Shown: positions 26,856 to 37,070 of the stretch, piece after piece | How the letters are laid out: each line of letters starts with the position of its first letter | Position numbering within the stretch: the first letter of the stretch is position 1 | Source of the DNA: Candidatus Brocadiia bacterium | Lineage (GTDB): Bacteria; Planctomycetota; MHYJ01; JACQXL01 | DNA length: 64,000 nt | Direction: 5' to 3' | Assembly (NCBI GenBank): GCA_041658285.1 | Contig: JBBAAP010000002.1 | Span: 44,252 to 108,251 of the forward strand | Notes under the pieces: model-generated | What the model was told of the DNA's origin: nothing | Seen by the model: only the letters and a program-made list of their open reading frames with translations | Database searches by the model: none | Position numbers and translations under genes: made by a program

Positions 26856-28682
26856 TTATTTCAGGTAAATACTAGAAATCATTAATGATAAAGGCCTATC
26901 ATCTTCACTCCAACCCTTTTCCTTGGGAACCACCGCATAGTTAGATTGTATTTTCAAATTAATCAAACTATTTCGTTCAACATCAAGTTCAACTCTAAAA
27001 CTCTCACCCGGCTTAATGACTTTTGTAACAGATAATTTACCATCTATAAAAATCTCTACTTCATTAGGTTCAAAATTACCCGGAAGATAACCGTCAAGTA
27101 CCAGCTTGCCTTCTCCACCGCTTTTAAAAATCGCTTTGGCATTTTTGCCGACCCATTTATCCTGATACCAGCCATCCATCAGCATAGCTGTTTGCAAAGT
27201 ATTTCCAATCTTTTTACCTGCTTCATAATATACATTCAAATTATATTTTTCCATAATTTTCAAGCCATTAATAGTAGTATTCAAATCTGTTATAAATGGC
27301 GTCACGCCCCGTTCATCAACGGGCATTTCATCCGCAGAGACAAAGGCATACGGCACCATCACGGCAAAGTATTTTTTTACATACGGGGCGCGTTTCCAAT
27401 CGTAAATCTCTGAATATATAAGCGCTGAAACAATATAAAATATTATGGCGCTCATTATTAAAATAGGCTTATTTCCAAGCACTCTTTTCATTATATTTTC
27501 ACTCCCCGCATTCCCAGAGCCTCTCAGTAGCTGGGCCTTTTGCTGTATACTATAAATCAATATCCAAATTATGCCTACTATGCCAAACTTATAATGAACG
27601 GTATACCAACGGTCCGTGCCGCCAACCCAATCCCAGGGCCGGCCTATCAATACAAGAATTATTATGCCAAAAGTATACATTATCAATGCTATCGGGAGAA
27701 AAGTTTTCGTCCACATTTTTGAGGAAATGTATAATTTCAAGGAGTATAAATAAATAAGCATTAAAAAGAAACCGTTCAAGAGCAATACAGCAGAACTCGT
27801 ATGGACGTATTCGTGAATGGTCCTGCTGATTATGCCGTTACTGAGGGATGCCAGGATGAATTTAATCACGTGTAGCGGCTGCGAGATTATGCTTATTATT
27901 TTATTCGAAATCCCATTTACAGCCGGATCATTTTGTACTGAGATATGGCCTTTCAAGTAAATTATATAATATAGAAATAGCGAAATCATTAATAGAAGGG
28001 TATTAACAAAAAAACTTTTATCAATTTTTTTGGCAGTAACGAATTTTAATAAATAGAAAATAAAAACCGCCGGTATCCAGGCAAAAGAATACGCTGTCCC
28101 GAATATCAAGATTGACATCAATATCATTACTCCAAGTATTGTATATTTGATTTTAGAGGCCTTTTCCTCAAACATAATTTGGTCCAATAATGCAATTGTT
28201 ATCAAAAAGCAGGCTATGCTCATCCTCACCTGGATGTCCATCCCCCCCCCGATTCCCTGTGACACATTAAACATGACAAAGACAATGAGAATGAAAGATA
28301 TCGGTATGAATAATAAGGCATTAAAATGAAACAAGCTTTTCCTATACCTCAAATAAATGGCGATTGAACTTAATAATATCAAGCTCAAATTTATATAAGC
28401 GTCGAAAAACGCGTTCAGGTGGAAAAAGATTACATTTACAAGAAAAAGTACGTTGTAGCCAAACAAACCGTGTTCGCCGAAAGGAAACCATAAATCCTTG
28501 AATCCCAGAATGCCTTGGTGAAACTTCTCGACTAAAGGCAAATGAACAAACCAGGCCTGCCATATGACATTAACGATGCTGCTATGGATAAAAATAAAAT
28601 AATAAGCGCAAAAAGACAGCAATATTAGTATTATTAAATACTTTTCCCAAATTGAAGTTTTGTTATTCTCAAATGTTTCCAT
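26856..28682 (-). CDS. Polytopic membrane protein (more than 12 TM helices) with a ~180 aa C-terminal soluble domain; candidate GT-C-type (ArnT/PMT-like) glycosyltransferase or polymerase
   Basis: The call rests on hydrophobicity pattern only. I recognise no catalytic motif. Confidence 0.4.
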   Translation of the reverse strand: METFENNKTSIWEKYLIILILLSFCAYYFIFIHSSIVNVIWQAWFVHLPLVEKFHQGILGFKDLWFPFGEHGLFGYNVLFLVNVIFFHLNAFFDAYINLSLILLSSIAIYLRYRKSLFHFNALLFIPISFILIVFVMFNVSQGIGGGMDIQVRMSIACFLITIALLDQIMFEEKASKIKYTILGVMILMSILIFGTAYSFAWIPAVFIFYLLKFVTAKKIDKSFFVNTLLLMISLFLYYIIYLKGHISVQNDPAVNGISNKIISIISQPLHVIKFILASLSNGIISRTIHEYVHTSSAVLLLNGFFLMLIYLYSLKLYISSKMWTKTFLPIALIMYTFGIIILVLIGRPWDWVGGTDRWYTVHYKFGIVGIIWILIYSIQQKAQLLRGSGNAGSENIMKRVLGNKPILIMSAIIFYIVSALIYSEIYDWKRAPYVKKYFAVMVPYAFVSADEMPVDERGVTPFITDLNTTINGLKIMEKYNLNVYYEAGKKIGNTLQTAMLMDGWYQDKWVGKNAKAIFKSGGEGKLVLDGYLPGNFEPNEVEIFIDGKLSVTKVIKPGESFRVELDVERNSLINLKIQSNYAVVPKEKGWSEDDRPLSLMISSIYLK

Positions 28683-28776
28683 AAATCCAAATATTTATTT
28701 CTATCAATAATCTATCGTTTTACCGAACTAACAACTTATTACCTTGTTAATGTATTATCCTTTATACTAAATCGCC

Positions 28777-29469
28777 TTAAGGGAAAATTTGTTTTATTGC
28801 CTTATGATAATCTTCGGGTACGCCTATGTCTATGAAGTAATTCCTACTGGCAAAACCTATTATATTATTATCGGCTATTATCCCGGGAAGGAAATCTATT
28901 TCAAAGCTGAATTTGCCCGGGGAACCGGACATTTTTCTCTTCAGGAATCCTGTTCCCGCCAGATATACCCCGCCGTTTATATGCGCTTTTTTATAAAACG
29001 CCTTTTCCTTAAAACATATTATTTTATTATTCCCGTCTAATTCGACTATGCCGTACCGATCGGAATCCGTTATTTCCTTAACAGCTATGGTCATATCCGC
29101 TTTTTTGTCGTTATGAAACTGTTTCAAGCCATTGATATCACACTTAAAAATAGTATCACCGTTCAGGATAAGAACCTGTTCTCCTGAACACAAGGTCAAC
29201 GCCTTCTTTATGGCTCCGCCGGTGCCCAAAGGCTCGGTTTCCTCGGAGTATTTCAGCTTTATCCCATGCCAGATGTCCCCGAAACGTTCTTTTATCAACT
29301 CGCGCCTGTACCCTACCGCCAGGATGACGGTATCCGCGTAATTTTTGATGTCCGCAAATAGGTATTCCAGGAATGGCCGGCCGTTTATGTCTATCAACGG
29401 CTTGGGGATATCTTTGGAGATTTCTTTGAGGCGTGTGCCCTTACCGCCCGCTAAAATAATCGCTTGCAT
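28777..29469 (-). CDS. Sugar-1-phosphate nucleotidyltransferase (HddC-like D-glycero-D-manno-heptose-1-phosphate guanylyltransferase)
   Basis: MQAIILAGGKGTRLKEIS..PKPLIDINGRPFLEYLF is the NTP-transferase fold. It is 230 aa. Confidence 0.7.
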   Translation of the reverse strand: MQAIILAGGKGTRLKEISKDIPKPLIDINGRPFLEYLFADIKNYADTVILAVGYRRELIKERFGDIWHGIKLKYSEETEPLGTGGAIKKALTLCSGEQVLILNGDTIFKCDINGLKQFHNDKKADMTIAVKEITDSDRYGIVELDGNNKIICFKEKAFYKKAHINGGVYLAGTGFLKRKMSGSPGKFSFEIDFLPGIIADNNIIGFASRNYFIDIGVPEDYHKAIKQIFP

Positions 29470-29613
29470 ATTTTACTAAGTTTCAACCACGAATGTACAC
29501 GAATAAACACTAATATTATTTTTATTTTAACCGCGGATTATACTAATTTTACTGATTATTATTAATTTGTAATGTTACAAGTCTCTTTAAAGTCACTGTT
29601 ATATTCAATCTGA

Positions 29614-30651
29614 TTACTTTGAAGTCCAGGCGGTCAGGCCGTGCTTGGTGAACTGGAACCTGCGGAACTCGCCGCCCAGCTTCTGGAGCGCCTGAATGAC
29701 CTTATACCGGGTATTCCTGGGGCAATAGAGCATCATAAACCCGCCGCCGCCGGCGCCTGACACCTTGCCGCCGGCCGCCCCGGCCTTTTTGGCGGTCTCA
29801 TATATCTCTTCTATCCGGGAATTGGTGATATTGCCGGCCGTCTTCTTCTTGTGATGCCAGCCATAATCGAGGATTTCTCCGATTTTGTTCAGCTCGTTTC
29901 TAAGCAAAGCTTCCTTAAGCATAACCGCCTGGGTTTTCAAGTGGTGCATGGCTTCCAGCGGCGCCTTCTTTTTATGGGTCACGTTCTTCACCTGCGATTC
30001 CACCACGGACGATGAGGTCCGGCTGGCGCCTGTATAGTAAAGCAGGGTGTTAAATTCCAGTTCGGCGATGGATTGCGATTTTATCCTGAGCGGATTGACG
30101 ATGACCTTGTCGCCCTGGTAGAACTCTATGAAATTGAACCCGCCGAAGGTGGCCGCATACTGGTCCTGCTTTCCGCCGGGAAGTTTCAGGTCCCGGCGCT
30201 CTATCTCGTAAGCCAGATGGGCTATATCGTATTCGCCCAACGGCAGGTTGAGCCATTCAACAAAAGCGCCCAAGATGGCCACGGTCAGCGTGGATGACGA
30301 ACCCAGGCCCGAGCCGGGCGGTGCGTCGACATAGGTGGTGATTTTGAACGATAGCGGACGGCCGTTATTGTAGTCCTTTACCACCCGGTTATAGACGCCC
30401 TTTATCAGGTCAAGATTGCCGTCCGGCCTGAGGTATCTGGCAGCCTTAAAAGTCAGAAACTTACCGCGGTCGACGGAATCTATGATTATTTGCTTGTCCT
30501 GATGCGGCTCTATTACGGCGTAGGCGTACATCGAGATGGTGGCGTTGAGTATCTGCCCGCCGTAAAGGTCGGAATAAGGCGAGACATCGGTTCCGCCACC
30601 GGCAAACCCGAGCCGCAAAGGCGCTTTGGCACGAATGATTCGGTTAGGCAT
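29614..30651 (-). CDS. GHMP sugar kinase (HddA-like heptose-7-phosphate kinase)
   Basis: RAKAPLRLGFAGGGTDVSPY plus the GHMP motif PPGSGLGSSS. Confidence 0.7.
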   Translation of the reverse strand: MPNRIIRAKAPLRLGFAGGGTDVSPYSDLYGGQILNATISMYAYAVIEPHQDKQIIIDSVDRGKFLTFKAARYLRPDGNLDLIKGVYNRVVKDYNNGRPLSFKITTYVDAPPGSGLGSSSTLTVAILGAFVEWLNLPLGEYDIAHLAYEIERRDLKLPGGKQDQYAATFGGFNFIEFYQGDKVIVNPLRIKSQSIAELEFNTLLYYTGASRTSSSVVESQVKNVTHKKKAPLEAMHHLKTQAVMLKEALLRNELNKIGEILDYGWHHKKKTAGNITNSRIEEIYETAKKAGAAGGKVSGAGGGGFMMLYCPRNTRYKVIQALQKLGGEFRRFQFTKHGLTAWTSK

Positions 30652-31677
30652 TTATCTCCTCAGGAATAATCTTCCCTTGCTGACATTGGCCCGCCAGTAC
30701 TCAAGCAGGTCCTGCATGGTGGTTTCAAATGGTATCTCCGGTTTCCAGCCGGTGTGTTTCTGGAATTTCCTGGTATCGGGTATCTGCAGGTCGGCGTCTA
30801 TCGGCCTTAATCTTTCCTTATCAACCTCTATTTTGATGTTTTTCACCTTGGCCAAGCTCAGCAAGTATTTGAGCATATCCCCGATAGTGCAGGAATAAGT
30901 GCCGCCGATGTTGTAATATTCGCCCGGAACAGGATTGACCGTAACCAGCATATAATAGGCCCGGACGGCGTCACGCACGTCGGCCCAGGTCCTCATTGAA
31001 TCCAGGTTGCCGACCTGGACCACCGGCGGAAGCAGTTTTGATTCTATCATAGCTATCTGCTTGGCAAAGGTGGATTCGGCGAAGACATCGCCCCGTCTGG
31101 GGCCGGTATGAGTAAACATCCGGGTGGACATGGCTTTAAGGCCATAGGCCTGGGCGTAGAAACGGCCGACCAGATCGGTGCCAACCTTGGATATGGCGTA
31201 AGGCGACGCCGGATGGAAGGACACTTCCTCGTTGATAGGCACTTTTTCCTTGGGCACCCGCCCGAACACCTCGGAAGACGAGCAGACGTGGATGAACGGG
31301 TCGATTGCCCCGGCATCCTTTGATTCCTTGATGGCCTCCATCAGCCGGGTGGTCCCGTTGATATTGGTATCCAGCGTGTCTATGGGCGAATCAAAGCTGG
31401 TCTTGGGATAGCTCTGGGCGGCCAGGTGAAAGACGTAATCAGGCAGAGATTTCTTGATGACCTCGCGCAGGGAGACATAGTCGCGCAGGTCGCCGTAGAG
31501 CAGGTAAACGCGGTCGTTTTTGTTGGCCCTGGGCAGGAGATGCTCGATGTTATCCAGCGGACTGCGCCAGCGGCACATGCCGTAAACGTCCCAATCGGTC
31601 TTGGCAAGCAGGAAGTCAGCCAGGTGAGACCCAACCATGCCGGTAACGCCCGTGATTAAAGCCTTCTTTTTACCCAT
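30652..31677 (-). CDS. GDP-mannose 4,6-dehydratase family (Gmd/DmhA-like)
   Basis: KKALITGVTGMVGSHLADFLL, SPYAISK (YxxxK) and FTHTGPRRG are collinear with Gmd. Confidence 0.8.
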   Translation of the reverse strand: MGKKKALITGVTGMVGSHLADFLLAKTDWDVYGMCRWRSPLDNIEHLLPRANKNDRVYLLYGDLRDYVSLREVIKKSLPDYVFHLAAQSYPKTSFDSPIDTLDTNINGTTRLMEAIKESKDAGAIDPFIHVCSSSEVFGRVPKEKVPINEEVSFHPASPYAISKVGTDLVGRFYAQAYGLKAMSTRMFTHTGPRRGDVFAESTFAKQIAMIESKLLPPVVQVGNLDSMRTWADVRDAVRAYYMLVTVNPVPGEYYNIGGTYSCTIGDMLKYLLSLAKVKNIKIEVDKERLRPIDADLQIPDTRKFQKHTGWKPEIPFETTMQDLLEYWRANVSKGRLFLRR

Positions 31678-31688
31678 AAACGCACCTC

Positions 31689-32543
31689 TTACTTGTTGAA
31701 CTCCTGCTTCATCGCCTCGGCCAAACTTATTGGTCTGCGGCCGAGCAGTTTTTCAAGATAAAGCGATTTCAGGTTGATAATTTTCGGCCGCGCCCGGTAA
31801 AATTCTTTACCAGGTTCCGCTATTTTCATCTGCAGGCTATTATCCACGACCCTTTTATATATTTCGGTAATATCCAGCTTGGAAACCAGATTATCACCGC
31901 AGATATTGAATACCGGGTTTTTTAATTTATCCCAGTTATTTTTTAGGGCGATAATCGCATCCAGCAGGTCATTGAGATAGATAACATTACGGGAAACCGG
32001 ATGATATATCTCGGCCGTCTGCTTTGTTTGAGAGCATTTTTGCAAGTAGGTGGTCATTTTATCGGCCTTGGAAAATATATAGGACATCCGAAATACCTTG
32101 AATTGCTTTTCGGGCAGGAACTGGCGTTCTATTTCGTTTTTCATCTGGGCGTATCTGCCGTGCGGGTTAGCAAGTGAATTCTCATCCACCTGATTTTGTG
32201 ACTCGCCGTAAACCGTATCCGAGGAAAAGAACAGCACCCGGGCCCGGCGTTCCAGGCATTTCCTGATGAAATAGGCCGTTCCGGTAACGTTTATCCGGTA
32301 TGCCATTTCGTATTGCTGTTCGCAGACATCAGGCAGGGAGATGGCCGCCAGGTGGGCGACGAAATCATCGGGGCTGATAAAACTGTAATCGAAATCGGCC
32401 GGCTTGTTCAGGTCCAAGCGCCGGCAATCAGGATTAAGAGGCACATTAAGAGCGGTGTACTTGATATCTTCCGTCCGGGTAAACCTTTCGATAAAGGCAT
32501 TTCCGATAAACCCCTCTTTACCGCCGACGACTAAAATACTCAT
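31689..32543 (-). CDS. Extended-SDR NAD(P)-dependent sugar epimerase/reductase (DmhB- or RfbD-like)
   Basis: It has a Rossmann N-terminus and YAQMK (YxxxK), and is 284 aa. Confidence 0.6.
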   Translation of the reverse strand: MSILVVGGKEGFIGNAFIERFTRTEDIKYTALNVPLNPDCRRLDLNKPADFDYSFISPDDFVAHLAAISLPDVCEQQYEMAYRINVTGTAYFIRKCLERRARVLFFSSDTVYGESQNQVDENSLANPHGRYAQMKNEIERQFLPEKQFKVFRMSYIFSKADKMTTYLQKCSQTKQTAEIYHPVSRNVIYLNDLLDAIIALKNNWDKLKNPVFNICGDNLVSKLDITEIYKRVVDNSLQMKIAEPGKEFYRARPKIINLKSLYLEKLLGRRPISLAEAMKQEFNK

Positions 32544-32549
32544 GTTCGC

Positions 32550-35500
32550 TTATTCCATCACGATGCCGATATCGCTAAAAATCTTCCTGAAAGTTTTATC
32601 AGCGTAATCCATTGAATTATTGTTTTTGACGTATTGTATAGATTGCTTGGAAATCTTATCCCATAAAAGATTATTCTTATAAAGCGATATCACCTTTCGG
32701 GCAAAATCATCGGCCTTATCGGTAATCATGGCCGTTTGGCCGTCCATCAAATTCAACCCCTCAGCCCCGATAGAAGTTGTGACCATAGGCAGGCCGAAAC
32801 TCATAGTCTGGATATTCTTGCCTTTTATGCCGGCGCCGTAACGAAGCGGCGAGACAAACACCCGGGCGTTCTCGAAATACGGCGCCACATCCTTGGCATA
32901 ACCAACCACCTTTACGCCCTTTTCGGGCGAATCCAAGGCCAGCACCTCCGGCGTCGGCTTACTGCCCACAATGGTCAATGTCACATCCGGTATGCCTGAT
33001 TTCACCAGCGGATAAACCTCCTTGATGAACCATTTGATGCCGTCGGCATTAGGCGGATGCTGGAACCCGCCCAAGAAGAATAATCCGTTTCTTTTGTTAA
33101 AACCGGCCTTGGAAAGGCTTATCTCCTGGATATAAGGGACAACCACTGTTTTCGCCTTGGGAAGCTCCTTGGCTACAATCTCTTTTTCCACCGGGCTCAG
33201 GGTCAGGGCAACGTCGCTCTTGGCTATCAGGTATAATTCCTTGGATTTATATTCTTTCGACCGCTTGAGCGCTTCCTTGTCGTTTTCGAGCAGGCCTTTC
33301 CGCTCCTCCCTGAGGAAATACAAGTCAACCAGGTCATACAAGACCTTGATGTTAGCCACGGATTTTATGGTATCAATATACGGCATCGCCACGTCCGGCC
33401 GGGTCAGGAAGGCAACATCTATATGCTTGCCGTAATTCTTGATGTATTTATTAAAATCATTAGGCCCGTAAACCAGTTCTATACCCATCTGCTCCAGTTC
33501 CGGTCCGTAAGGCTCGTAGCGGTAAAGGTTATGGGGCCAGAATATAATTTTAAAACCCATATTAAGGAATATCTTAAGGTACTCATACATCCTGACCGAG
33601 CCGGCATCCTGGTCCCAAGTGGGCACATTATTATCCATAAACAGCATTATCTTCTTATTGCGCGACCGGTCACGGGCTAGGAAGACGTTTTCGCCGTTCT
33701 TGAAATGCTCCTTTTCCAAAACTGTCTGCCACTTGCGGTAGAATTTTTGAGTATTAATGACCTGGTATTTTTTCATTCCCTGGGCGGTGTCGGTACCGGC
33801 GGTAACGCCTTCGAAATGGATTATTTCGGCTTTTGGCTGATACATCACCTTGTATCCTTTTTGCCTGACCCGGAACGCCAGGTCGGTATCCTCGCAATAG
33901 GCCGGGGCGTAGTATGTATCAAACAGGTCTTCGCCCTTGAGAACGCTTTTCCTGACCAGCAGGCAGGCGCCGGAACAATAATCCACCTCCTTGACATAGT
34001 TATATTCCCATTTCTTGGGGTCGTCGAGCCGGCCATAGTTCCAGGCAATGTTGATTGGGTCGTTCCAGATGATGCCGCCGGCCTCCTGGAGCCGGCCGTC
34101 GGGATAGACCAGCTTGGTCCCGACCAGGCCGATTTTATCATCCCTCTGGGCCAGGTCCGTCATCGCCTTAAGCCAACCTTTGGTTACCTTGGTATCGTTA
34201 TTCAAAAGGAGTATGTATTTGCCTTTGGACAGCTCCGCGCCCTTGTTGCAAGCACCGACGAATCCAAGATTAGTTTCGTTCCTAATGACCTTGATATTCT
34301 TTATCTTTGCCAACATTTGAGGCGTTTCGTCTTCCGATGCGTTATCTACGACAATCACCTCGTAAGGCGCGCCATCGGTATTTTCAACCAACGATTCCAG
34401 GCATTTATGGGTATATTCACACTTGTTCCAAACCGGGATGATGATAGAAACATCCGGTTTACTAACAGCCGGGAATTCTATGGCTTTCCATTCCCGGGAC
34501 TGGCCCGGTTCCGATTTGGGAAGTTCTTGAACAGGCGCAGTTTGCCGGACCGGCGGCGTCCAGACCTTGGATGTTTCATTCTTCCTCAACCATCTGAACG
34601 TAACCGCATTCCAGCAAAACCGCCAGGTTGCCTTGGCCATCCGCCGGCGCCGGCTGTCCAAGGGCAGGATAAAATTGCGAAACCTGTAATATACGGATAT
34701 AACCCGCCAGCCGTGCGAGTTATGGATTTCCTCGAGGTCATAGGCCATATGCCGGTTTTCCATCTGCAGGTTTGCGATATGGGTATTATTTTCATCTATC
34801 TCCTTTTGTAGTCTATTACCCCACTGCCCGCGCCTGACGCATTCAGCGTCCAATTCATCCACTTGTTTTTGCAGGCGCACGCCCCATTCACCTCGCTTAA
34901 CAATTTCATTATCCATATCCTTGATTTTAGCAGCATTATTATTTAGCTGTTTTTGAAGTGTCAGAATTTGCTCATCCTTATTAATGATTGTACCCTGCAA
35001 TTCTGACATTTTAAAATGACCGCTTGATAACTCGGCCTCTAACTTAACTATTTTTATGCGATTGACAGACAGATCTTTTTCTAATTCCACATTCCGTGCC
35101 TTCAACGCAGTAAACTCAACCCCCAGCTCCTTAAGCTGAACCTTATTATCGTTCAGGACAGCAACCATCTCCTCGAGATGTTTCTGGCGCTTATCAAGTT
35201 CAACCTCTAATTTAGAGATATGGTCCTTGATAAAGGTCTGGAGCAGGTTGATATTGGTGGTAACGGTGGTTTCCAGGGACTTGATGATACGTTCCTTATC
35301 GGAGATGGACTGATTAAGCCCGACAATAACCTGATTTTTCTGCCTGACCTCGGCATCCAAGCCCTGGCCCCACTTGCCCAGTTTTTCCGCCTCCTGCTGG
35401 AGCTCTGATATGCGCCGCCCCTGCCTGGTTAATTCCGCGTCCAGGCTTTTGCCCCAATCGCTCAGTTTTTTTATTTCTGCCTGGCGTTCGACCAATAAGC

Positions 35501-36689
35501 TATCACGTTCCTTATTGCCAGCATCTAATTCTTGACCCCATTTGCTAAGATTTTCTATTTCTTTCTGTAATTCGATGATTCTTTGGTTTCCTTGATTCAA
35601 CTCGGCATCTAATTGAATACTATGATTACTGAGCTTTTCTATTTCCGCTTGGCGTTCGACCAATAACTTATCCCGCTCTTTGCTGCCGGCATCTAATTCC
35701 TGTCCCCATTTGCCAAGCTTTTCTATTTCCACCTGTTGCGCTGCTAATAAGGTATCTTTTTCTTCGCCTTCTGATTCCAACGATTTTCCCCATTTACCAA
35801 TTTTTTGCACTTCATTTTGAAGCTCTACAATCCGTTTCTCGTATTGTTTTATCTGTTCATCCAGTGATTTACCCCATTTTGACAACTCTTCGATTTGGCT
35901 ATTTTGCGAAGAAATTAAATTATCCTTTTCCGCAAACAGTCTGAATGAAGTGTCCACAAGGTAGGAATTATATTTAATGTCAACCTTGCCGTTAGACGCA
36001 ACTGCAATGAAATAGAAAGGCTCTTTTCTCTTCACGCTCGCGTATTTAAGTTCCTTGCCTGAGCTTTTTAGGCTCAATTCCTGCCAGTCCCGATATGAAC
36101 CCTTTAAATCCCATATATTGGACGACGGAAATATCCTTTGCCCGAGAAATGAAGCGTTCTTGAAATACTTTTTCATCAAGCCGGAAAACTCGTTGATATC
36201 AAGCTCTTTTTTATGGAATGAATTTCGATAATTGCGTTTATTCGAATAAACTGGCTTATTTGGCGTAGAAACAATAAATAAACCATCATCCTTAAGCAGT
36301 CTTTTGACCTCTTTTAACAGCTTGGCCTGCTCTTTTATGTGCTCAAGGACCTCATAACATACTATGACATCGAATAAATTCTTACCTTTTAACGGAATGT
36401 CCCTGACATCGCCAATCTTGAATTTCAAGTTTTCCTGACGATACTTTTTTAAAGCGTGATTAATTGCGGCCTTATCAATATCAATGCCTATTACCGATTT
36501 AGCTGTTTGGGCCAAAAAAAACGACCCATACCCTTCGCCGCATCCTACATCTAGGACTTTTTTGTCTTTAACGAATTCCCCAGCGAACCCATAGCGATGC
36601 AGGTGCTCATAATGGGTATCCGCGGTCGGACCAACAGGAACGAACCGCTCCCCGGTCCATTCAAGATTTGTTGTTTTTTTTACTATCAT
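32550..36689 (-). CDS. Giant multidomain glycan-synthesis enzyme: class I SAM methyltransferase, ~350 aa coiled-coil with tandem KWG(K/Q)xLD repeats, a GT2 domain and a GT4 domain
   Basis: The MTase motif is VLDVGCGEGYGSF. The ~37 aa repeats read L(S/G)KWGxxLD. The GT2 domain is VSIIIPVWN...VVDNASED, and the GT4 C-terminus has the E-x7-E-type motifs. Confidence 0.75.
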   Translation of the reverse strand: MIVKKTTNLEWTGERFVPVGPTADTHYEHLHRYGFAGEFVKDKKVLDVGCGEGYGSFFLAQTAKSVIGIDIDKAAINHALKKYRQENLKFKIGDVRDIPLKGKNLFDVIVCYEVLEHIKEQAKLLKEVKRLLKDDGLFIVSTPNKPVYSNKRNYRNSFHKKELDINEFSGLMKKYFKNASFLGQRIFPSSNIWDLKGSYRDWQELSLKSSGKELKYASVKRKEPFYFIAVASNGKVDIKYNSYLVDTSFRLFAEKDNLISSQNSQIEELSKWGKSLDEQIKQYEKRIVELQNEVQKIGKWGKSLESEGEEKDTLLAAQQVEIEKLGKWGQELDAGSKERDKLLVERQAEIEKLSNHSIQLDAELNQGNQRIIELQKEIENLSKWGQELDAGNKERDSLLVERQAEIKKLSDWGKSLDAELTRQGRRISELQQEAEKLGKWGQGLDAEVRQKNQVIVGLNQSISDKERIIKSLETTVTTNINLLQTFIKDHISKLEVELDKRQKHLEEMVAVLNDNKVQLKELGVEFTALKARNVELEKDLSVNRIKIVKLEAELSSGHFKMSELQGTIINKDEQILTLQKQLNNNAAKIKDMDNEIVKRGEWGVRLQKQVDELDAECVRRGQWGNRLQKEIDENNTHIANLQMENRHMAYDLEEIHNSHGWRVISVYYRFRNFILPLDSRRRRMAKATWRFCWNAVTFRWLRKNETSKVWTPPVRQTAPVQELPKSEPGQSREWKAIEFPAVSKPDVSIIIPVWNKCEYTHKCLESLVENTDGAPYEVIVVDNASEDETPQMLAKIKNIKVIRNETNLGFVGACNKGAELSKGKYILLLNNDTKVTKGWLKAMTDLAQRDDKIGLVGTKLVYPDGRLQEAGGIIWNDPINIAWNYGRLDDPKKWEYNYVKEVDYCSGACLLVRKSVLKGEDLFDTYYAPAYCEDTDLAFRVRQKGYKVMYQPKAEIIHFEGVTAGTDTAQGMKKYQVINTQKFYRKWQTVLEKEHFKNGENVFLARDRSRNKKIMLFMDNNVPTWDQDAGSVRMYEYLKIFLNMGFKIIFWPHNLYRYEPYGPELEQMGIELVYGPNDFNKYIKNYGKHIDVAFLTRPDVAMPYIDTIKSVANIKVLYDLVDLYFLREERKGLLENDKEALKRSKEYKSKELYLIAKSDVALTLSPVEKEIVAKELPKAKTVVVPYIQEISLSKAGFNKRNGLFFLGGFQHPPNADGIKWFIKEVYPLVKSGIPDVTLTIVGSKPTPEVLALDSPEKGVKVVGYAKDVAPYFENARVFVSPLRYGAGIKGKNIQTMSFGLPMVTTSIGAEGLNLMDGQTAMITDKADDFARKVISLYKNNLLWDKISKQSIQYVKNNNSMDYADKTFRKIFSDIGIVME

Positions 36690-36703
36690 AACTAGATTAC
36701 GTT

Positions 36704-36934
36704 TTATTTAGTTTTAAAGTTAATATCGGCTGATTTCAAGCGCGGGTGTTTTTTATCCTTATCCGATACCAGAGGGTTCTGAACCGGCCAGGCGATGGCG
36801 ATATCCGGGTCGTTCCAAATAATTCCCCGGTCGTTCCCAAGCCAATCTTTGGTTGATTTTACACTCTTCATATAACAACAGGATAAGTAAACTATAAACC
36901 TGCCAATTGTCAATAAAACAGGACTACTATACAA
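36704..36934 (-). pseudogene. Orphan duplicate of the last ~25 codons of rfbC fused to unrelated upstream sequence; a remnant of the recombination that inserted the abiE cassette
   Basis: The 74 bp at 36762-36835 are identical to 38595-38668 inside rfbC. The encoded C-terminus GIIWNDPDIAIAWPVQNPLVSDKDKKHP matches RfbC. Confidence 0.7.
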
Positions 36935-37070
36935 ATCCGGTTATTTCCATCAAAGCCATTCTTAGCCCCGATTATTCATATCCACCCCGCTGGCGGGGCG
37001 GACCACATTAAAGTACTCGGGATTCCTCGGCCGTAAGTCTCTCGGTCACCCGTACGGGTGTCCTGCGAGG

